Assembly (NCBI GenBank): GCA_004764695.1
Contig: SMSO01000032.1
Coordinates: forward strand, 8,340,483 to 8,404,482
Reading direction: 5' to 3'
Origin: Schizochytrium sp. TIO01
Taxonomy: Eukaryota > Protista > Bigyra: Labyrinthulomycetes
DNA: 64,000 nt
In this document: positions 57,240-64,000 of the stretch, one piece after another
Layout: every line of letters begins with the position of its first letter
Numbering within the stretch: position 1 is the stretch's first letter
Notes under the pieces: model-generated
The model's database searches: none
What the model was told of the DNA's origin: nothing
The model's input: only the letters and a program-made list of their open reading frames with translations
Translations under genes and position numbers: made by a program

Positions 57240-58061
57240 ATGACTGACGGCAAGAAGAAACAGAGTCCCAAACATTCTTGCACAGGAGAAAGGAAATCTA
57301 AACAGGCATCATCGGGCCTGAGAAAGACAGTATTAAAGGATCACGGCCATAGTGTACTGAGAAGGACACAAGGGAGAAGGCAAAGCAGGGCTCACAGCAG
57401 GCGAAAACTCGAGGCAATGCTTACGAGCGGGTCGACATCGATTTACTCAGGGAAAACAATCAAAACAGTGCCGGGAGCGATCGGAAGTCTGCAGCATGGT
57501 ACCTCTGAAGAGAAAGATGTACGTGCGGCACGTGGCTTTCGTGTCCATGTGCTTGGACGTGTGGAAAGCGCACAGATGACAGACGTAGACGAAATTAGTT
57601 GTAGTTATGAGATCGTCACGGGACCAGACTGGCAATTCCAATACGGAGAAGAGGCGTCCGAGACTCAAGCAGCGCAAAACCAGGTCGTAGATGAGAATAC
57701 TCCTTCTGTCACATGGAATTACCCCATTGAAGCGTGTTTTCAGACCACAAATGCTGCTGGCTGGCCAAGGATAGCGATTTGCGTTCGAGATAGCAATCGT
57801 AACATCATTGGATATTCCGCTGCGCGAGTGCCAACACAAGAAGGAACAGTTGTGCGTTACTGTAAATTATTTGCACCATTGACAAGCTCTACCCTTGGGG
57901 ATGCCATCGCCTCGCTAACATCAGAACCAGCTGAGTTCTATGACTCAAAGTTTTCAACAGCATGTCCTGGACGAGAGGCTGTACGCGTTATATCATCCGG
58001 GGTTGTCAAAGTCATTTTAATGGTGAGCATAAGAGGTCATAAGGAACTTGGGTATATCTAG
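57240..58061 (+). CDS. B9D1: B9-domain ciliary transition-zone protein (B9D1/MKSR1-like)
   Basis: FRVHVLGRVESA, GPDW, VTWNYPIEACFQTTNAAGWPRI, GYSAARVP, LFAP, PAEFYD, GREAVRV, ELGY C-terminus. Start codon uncertain (first ATG at 57240). Confidence 0.85.
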   Translation: MTDGKKKQSPKHSCTGERKSKQASSGLRKTVLKDHGHSVLRRTQGRRQSRAHSRRKLEAMLTSGSTSIYSGKTIKTVPGAIGSLQHGTSEEKDVRAARGFRVHVLGRVESAQMTDVDEISCSYEIVTGPDWQFQYGEEASETQAAQNQVVDENTPSVTWNYPIEACFQTTNAAGWPRIAICVRDSNRNIIGYSAARVPTQEGTVVRYCKLFAPLTSSTLGDAIASLTSEPAEFYDSKFSTACPGREAVRVISSGVVKVILMVSIRGHKELGYI

Positions 58062-58541
58062 AATATCTCATGAATGAGTTTTTACTCTGAAATTCCTAAA
58101 AGCATCTGCGCACGACCAAAGGAGGTATATTTTCCATTTCTGTCTTTATAATTTTGTGAAATCACAAAACTCTTTAAATCCGAATTTGTCTTTTTTTTGG
58201 CCGCTTGCTAATTTTCAAGAAAGAAGAATAAACACATCACCCGCAACCTGGGGAAAATAGTAACTCTTATTCAGCTGAGCATTTCTAGTACACCAAACAT
58301 CGAATCCTGCTCCGTCCGCACTCCTCAATCGACCTTTCCCAAATATTTTACCAAGCATCATATTTAAGTTTTTGTTTCAGTTGTTAGACCTAGTTGCCTC
58401 ACTTGTCACCCCACCACGTATACGAGAACTCCAAAAGAATAAATGGGGGCATTTTCGATTGAAGTCATACCGTCTGCTTCAAGATCATGATTTTGTATAT
58501 GAAAAATGAGTATACTTTATAAGGGCGTACTTCATGGGGAT

Positions 58542-60557
58542 CTAATTTAAGGTTATGCTCATGGTGGGATTAATTGCATCCCGGTCAATATGTTCGTGAA
58601 CTGTTTCGAGAAAGTGAACAGCATCTTCATGCTCGGAGAGGTGATGTGAAATTCGAGCAATGTCGCGCAAATACACTTCACGTTGGCGAATGCGCTGCCA
58701 TGGTCGAGAAAACTCAATGTTTGAGAAATCTTTGGCACTTTCTGTAGCCACATTCATAAGAGCTTGTTTATTGAAAATGCCAAGCTCCAAGGCAGCGTAT
58801 GCTGCCCCAGCGTAGCTTTGGAACAACACAATCCCTGCTTCTGAGCATTCATTCTTACGAAATCCATCTGGTACACTTTGTTTTACATATATTTGCTTTT
58901 CCAATTCACCAGTAGAAAGTTGGCGTTCAAGCTGGCGAACACTGTTTGATACGGCATTGTCACCCATAGGAATGTCGTCGAGCTCCTCTGTGTATGGTGT
59001 CTCCAATCCTAAGCCCCGAATACCGGGGCTAGCATGTGCTGCAAGCTCGTGCACTGGTTGATCAACCCACTCTTGCCCCTCCTGGCTTCCTTCACCATTC
59101 TGTCTGGATAGGAGTCCAGCTTCCTCAGACTGGGCCTGGTCCCCTCCATCAAAGTTAGATGCACTCATCATCTCCGTTTGTATTGGCAACGGTGGAGGCG
59201 ATGACATGGGTGGGGGTGGAGGTGGTGAGAACGGCGCGGGGACAACCGAGGGCGCCATTTCCTCAGTGCGCGCCGACGAGCCTGTTCCATTCGTTCTGGA
59301 GGATGCTGACCTGCTAAATGGTCCGTTGCGCAATACGTCACTGAGCAGCTGCCTCTTTGAAGATCCTTTTTGTAGGACTTGAGGCTGCCCATACGATAGA
59401 GGTTCAAAAATGTCGTGAATAAAGACAGCACGAACAAGATTCAGGCGAAGCAGTTCCTTGCCGAGATCAATGTCTCGTTGGCCATTATCACCAACAAGAT
59501 AACATACGCATTCCGGATACAAAGCACGAACTTGAGAGCATTGCATGGTTTTGCGCTGCAACATCTGCGTGGGGGTGATGAAACTCATGGAGGATCCAGT
59601 AAGCGCTACAGACTTGCCAAAGCCATGCCTTTGCATTTCACTTCGAGTCCACGGATTAAGCCAACTCGGACGCGCCGTGACAAAAATTACTTGCTCCTTC
59701 GCCTTATTCCAATCCGCAAGGATTTCTTGAGCCCCACCTGACCGGATCAACTCATGATAGAACTGTCTCACCCCAGGATACATTGTGTTAAAGGGGAACC
59801 GCCTATCCTTGAAAGTTGAGACCAATGTGTCGTCCATATCACTCAGCACTATGATACGCTTATTCACACCAGTCTCTGTAGCAACATCATTCGAAGGTAC
59901 ACCTTGGATGTGCTCAATGTGGCTAAGGAGCACTGCTCTGTGATTCATGGAGAGAATTTCAAAGACCAGAGAGTAAAGTGAACATCCAATGTCGCGGAGA
60001 TCGCTATCAAGCACCAACTTAAAGTCTGCCAGAGAAATAGGGTCTTCAAAAGTGGAGAAAACACTTGCGATTGCCTCAGCACACTCACCTTGATGTGCAT
60101 CTCCTGTTTTAACGGCGTTGACTACGAACTCGAGCTTCTCATCAAAAGGGCGCCCAAAAAAGTTGAGCTCAGAATTACGACGATTTGTGTGAATTGTTGT
60201 GAGCCAGATTCCACCTGGATCTCTCCTAGAGTTGCCTAACCTCTGCAAGGGCAGCAAAGAATAAGCTTTGGATGCATTCAGGGGCCCTCGCGTACATCTG
60301 TGCTGCAAGATGATAGCTGCAAAGAACACTGAAGCCGAGATCACGGCGCATACTGGAACAGCGGGGTTGACAGCGCTTGGACCTCCAGCTGATGCAGCAG
60401 CATCTGTAGAGCCCAATGCGATCCAAGCTGAGAGGCTTGCGACGAGCCCCAGGAACGAGAGCAGCAGGATCACTCTGCAGAGAAACAAACGCCTCGCCAC
60501 GTTGGTGGCAGCACCTTCAGCGTCCACAGCCTCTGCTACCGCAACTCGGGGCTCCAT
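58542..60557 (-). CDS. App1-like (HAD-superfamily) phosphatidate phosphatase-domain protein with two N-terminal TM segments
   Basis: VLSDMDDTL (DxDxT), YPGVRQFY, FVTARP, LVGDNGQRD, VFIHDI; first ATG at 60557. Confidence 0.75.
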   Translation of the reverse strand: MEPRVAVAEAVDAEGAATNVARRLFLCRVILLLSFLGLVASLSAWIALGSTDAAASAGGPSAVNPAVPVCAVISASVFFAAIILQHRCTRGPLNASKAYSLLPLQRLGNSRRDPGGIWLTTIHTNRRNSELNFFGRPFDEKLEFVVNAVKTGDAHQGECAEAIASVFSTFEDPISLADFKLVLDSDLRDIGCSLYSLVFEILSMNHRAVLLSHIEHIQGVPSNDVATETGVNKRIIVLSDMDDTLVSTFKDRRFPFNTMYPGVRQFYHELIRSGGAQEILADWNKAKEQVIFVTARPSWLNPWTRSEMQRHGFGKSVALTGSSMSFITPTQMLQRKTMQCSQVRALYPECVCYLVGDNGQRDIDLGKELLRLNLVRAVFIHDIFEPLSYGQPQVLQKGSSKRQLLSDVLRNGPFSRSASSRTNGTGSSARTEEMAPSVVPAPFSPPPPPPMSSPPPLPIQTEMMSASNFDGGDQAQSEEAGLLSRQNGEGSQEGQEWVDQPVHELAAHASPGIRGLGLETPYTEELDDIPMGDNAVSNSVRQLERQLSTGELEKQIYVKQSVPDGFRKNECSEAGIVLFQSYAGAAYAALELGIFNKQALMNVATESAKDFSNIEFSRPWQRIRQREVYLRDIARISHHLSEHEDAVHFLETVHEHIDRDAINPTMSITLN

Positions 60558-63313
60558 CGTCGGCACCAGAGAGTCAAGGAGGCACCACCAAACGCCTCGC
60601 CTCGGCTCGAGGCACTTCTGGCTTTGCCCTGGGGCCCGGGCCAGCACTGCCACGCAGCAGAGGCAGCGCCAACGAGCACAGAGCTTACGAGAAGAACAGC
60701 GTTTTATTCACTGAGGAATCATCGTCATTCTGCTTTTCTCTTCCCTTTTTTGCAAATAATCACGGTACTAACATGAATTTTAGCAGTGTGAATCATAGGA
60801 ATTTACACGCAAACTTGTGTGTTCAACTTCTAATAAGCAGAAGTGCTACTACCTACTACGCATACCTCCTCTGCTCTTTCCACGTGTTGTGTTTTTTTCT
60901 TAACATTCACAAACTATCGAGCTTCACAACGCAGGTGGCATTTCCGGTGACAAGGCTTGCGTGCCTCGCCAGTGCGTTTGACCATCGTCCTTAGGTCATT
61001 GAGGAGTCAGTTTCTGATTAGATGCGATTTTATTTATTGGTCTACTTGGGGATTGATTCTTTGGAAAGAGCTCGCTCGGGTCGACGGCTTTTTCATAGTC
61101 AAATTGAGAGGCTTTGCTTTGGTTTGCTGTTAAAGTCGATGAGCAAGTCGTGGAGTTCGTCACTGACTTCATTCTGCAGGGCAGAAAAGACAACGTGGTG
61201 CGGTAGCGCAGGAGGAGGAGGAGGAGGAGGAGTACCTAGTTGGCTAGAGCATTTGCTGCTCTTGTTAAAATGTAGTGCTGGTATTTTAATTGAGGTCACG
61301 AGGAGCCTGGGCTCATGTGAGGGAGGTGGGAGGGGGTGAATGAATACGGGCTTGGGGAAGAAGAAGGAGGTACTTTCCACGCATGAGTGAGTGAATAAAT
61401 CAATAGTAGCTAGCCACTGAGAGTTTCTCGCAATAAATCGACCGTGGTTCTTGCGTCTCTGAAAAATGAAGAAGTAGTATCGGTTTCTACGTACCTCGAG
61501 ATACCACCTCTATAGGTTCATGAGCAGGGAAACCCAGGGCACTGAGACGCCCAAGGAAGTCGAAACAAGAGGGCCAGACGTCGATAATGTGCAAGCATTG
61601 TGGCAGAAGTGGTGGGTGTACGGAGTTCATTGAGAGATATTGTTCACAATAAATTTGATGGCAGGTTCGTTGCATATAGAGCCTGAAGTCTGCAGAGCAG
61701 TACACACTGACCCACCTTTGCAAGTTTGCTTAAGTGTTCATGATGGTTGTCGGCCAAAGAGGATATGAAGAATGAGTACTTGAGGAGGATGCAAGGATAC
61801 GACAAGGGTGTATTACAGCTGCTTGCTCTACGAATTGCTATGACTAATTGATCCATTTGAAGGATAGATTCCACACAGACTGTGTAGACATGGATGCTGA
61901 TGGCCGCACGATTCTTTATTAAGGTGATCTTCACTAGTACATGTGATACGCTACGACAATTCTGTTGTATGATTAGGGATCTGGTAGGGAGAGGCTCACT
62001 CTTTCAGATATGCAGAACGGCAGCATGATTATCGACCAAGTCAGACACAACTGTTCATGAGGCCTGACGACAAAGGTGCCATCATTTGATATCATCCTCA
62101 GATTTGCTTTTTTCTCAAATGTGGTGGCAGTACCTAGGAAGTCTTTAGTTTCTTCTTATTAATTTACGAAGATTCGACTGTCAAGTACCCACCAGGCGGA
62201 AGTGCATTCATGCAAGGATAGATCTCATACTCATAGAATGATCTTCTTATGAACGATTAACATTTTCTTTCTTGTGCAACAACTAATGTATATGGTGACC
62301 CACCTGAACCCTGAGGTAGAATTGCTTGCACATGGTATGCCCTACTATTGCAGCGAGCCCATGTATGCACTGGTTCATAAAAACGCCAGGAGCTACTGCC
62401 ATTGTGTCGCACAAAGACTTGCGTTCTCGCACCTCGCGCCTTAAGTTCTCATAACTTGAGAACGGCTGGAGCATGGATATTAATCCTATTGTATCACTAC
62501 AAAAGTCTATTTGTCACAGTATAACCTATTCTATCTCTAAAATGTTCTATAGTGATAAAAAATGTATATTTCACTTGAAGACACAGAATTAAGTCCGCTT
62601 GTGAACGCGTCCTTTCGAGTTGTTCTTAGGTAGGTGCTAGGTACCTACATACCTATGTTTCTTTCAAGGTTTGTTTCTCATTCTTTCTTCGCAGTAGTAA
62701 TCAAAGGTGCTTCTGCAGTGCCGAGACCGAGAGAGAAACTCGGTCAAGACTGAGCTCCAGGCTCAAATACACGCGCAAACCGCCTAAATTCAGGCGAACA
62801 AAGCTGAACCCAGTGCGGAGTGGCACCCCCGCGCCTTTTAGCTTCGCTGGAAAGGCCTTGTGGGTGGAGATGCGCATGGATGGACTTGGGCGCGGCGAAA
62901 GCACAAGTCTGCATATTCTTTATTAATAGAGTTAGATAGTCGTAGAAGTAGGTAGTATTATTAAAAGTAATAGATAGGCAATCGTGAGCAAAAACTACAC
63001 ATAGAAGATAGCAGTGGCGTCTGTTTTGGAGAAGTCGTGCAGATTTTTGCGCAAGAGCTCGATATCCGTAACACACATATATTTGTACAGAAACGTTGAG
63101 ACTACTGCAAAATTTGTGTGGACTTGCACATTTGTGAGGAATTCGACTACTCAGGTGGGATTTGGGTGGCTTCTGGAGCTCTTCTCTTGCAGCAGTGCAA
63201 GCCAAGAGACTGGAGCATTGTAGTTGTGGTGCAGTGACAATCTGCAACTGTTTTTTAAATAGGTGGAAGTTAAGTATCACAAGATTACGCAGTTAAGAGT
63301 GTTGTCGAAAATT

Positions 63314-64000
63314 ATGGGCTCGGCGCCCAGCTGTGCGCAGCCACGACATCTGCTCAACGAAGGCACCCACATTCCCTTTCATGAAAATATCACGCTAGAT
63401 CAGCTGCCTAATTACTTTAAGCAGGGATCGTCTTGGCAAATTGCAAATGGAACGTCTGGACAAGGATTTTTCGGTGCCTTGGTAGTGCGTGTCGAAGGCA
63501 CCACAGTGATCTTTAGATCTGCTGTTGATGGTCGCGAAATTAGAATTAATTTGAGTGACCAGAAGCAGTGGGGCCGCATCAGACAACCCCCTCAAACTGT
63601 TAATAAAACTATCGCAGATGCTATGGAAGTGGATAACCCCATGGACCCTCAAGACTTAAGTGGTGGAACCCTGGTGGAGGTCCGCCGCCAAAATGGAAAA
63701 TGGGTCCCTGCAACTATTGAAAGCATCGATCCCACCACAGATTCTCTTCTTGTAAAATATACCCCCAACCATGAGTCATATATGCACGGTAGTCACCAGG
63801 CAAGAGCTCCTGAGACAGAAAACTTGCGATTGCAACAGGGTCATAATTGCCGCGTACGCTCTTTTCACAGCAAAGGTCCCGTGAAGCTCAATGGCATTAT
63901 TTATGAATCGCTTATTGAGCAAGCTACTACGCAGATAAAGCATGTACCCACATCGATATCAACTGATAAAGGTCGTGAACTTATAACTACAGCACATATT
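63314..64000 (+). CDS. 3'-partial protein with an N-myristoylation motif and Tudor/Agenet-like beta-barrel segments (absent from the ORF track)
   Basis: Manual translation: MGSAPSCAQPRHLL...LSGGTLVEVRRQNGKWVPATIESIDPTTDSLLVKY..., with no stop in 229 codons to the window end. In-frame TAG and acceptor-like TTTTTTAAATAG at ~63262 upstream. Confidence 0.8.
   Translation, partial: MGSAPSCAQPRHLLNEGTHIPFHENITLDQLPNYFKQGSSWQIANGTSGQGFFGALVVRVEGTTVIFRSAVDGREIRINLSDQKQWGRIRQPPQTVNKTIADAMEVDNPMDPQDLSGGTLVEVRRQNGKWVPATIESIDPTTDSLLVKYTPNHESYMHGSHQARAPETENLRLQQGHNCRVRSFHSKGPVKLNGIIYESLIEQATTQIKHVPTSISTDKGRELITTAHI

Noticed and set aside
61400-62500. Short minus-strand ORFs, one with a vaguely F-box-like phrase
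   Set aside because: No coherent motif series across frames; a gene or pseudogene call cannot be supported.
1-64000. tRNA and rRNA genes
   Set aside because: GGTTCG-type hits (about 2944 and 44049) lack cloverleaf context; no rRNA-like sequence was recognised.

Overview
Eukaryotic, intron-poor genomic window. Gene content, codon usage and microsatellite-rich intergenic DNA suggest a thraustochytrid-like heterotrophic stramenopile (inference). About 18 protein-coding genes are supported: peroxisomal acyl-CoA thioesterase II (4-nt first coding exon), a UVR-motif coiled-coil protein, a mucin-like membrane protein, a C2orf81/DUF4639-like protein, an AAAP amino-acid transporter, a stand-alone BLUF protein, eEF1B, an ankyrin TRP channel, a KXD1-like protein, a secreted GH43, B9D1, an App1-like HAD phosphatase, several orphans, and an N-myristoylation-motif ORF running off the right edge that the ORF track misses. 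Two ~11-kb gene-poor regions (27-38 kb, 43.4-54.3 kb) are made of SSR-rich segments punctuated by AT-rich islands. Most notable: at ~36.1-36.9 kb, invisible as an intact ORF, lies a decayed, internally deleted IS607-type element. The 5' half of a serine-recombinase tnpA (HTH, YARV-SS, NFKRPGL) is fused directly to the 3' part of a Fanzor2/TnpB RNA-guided nuclease gene (RKLALWLCENY, CGTIHDKLG, DRNIHDARGILLR), followed by a candidate omega-RNA region. All family assignments come from motif recognition by eye; no searches were run.
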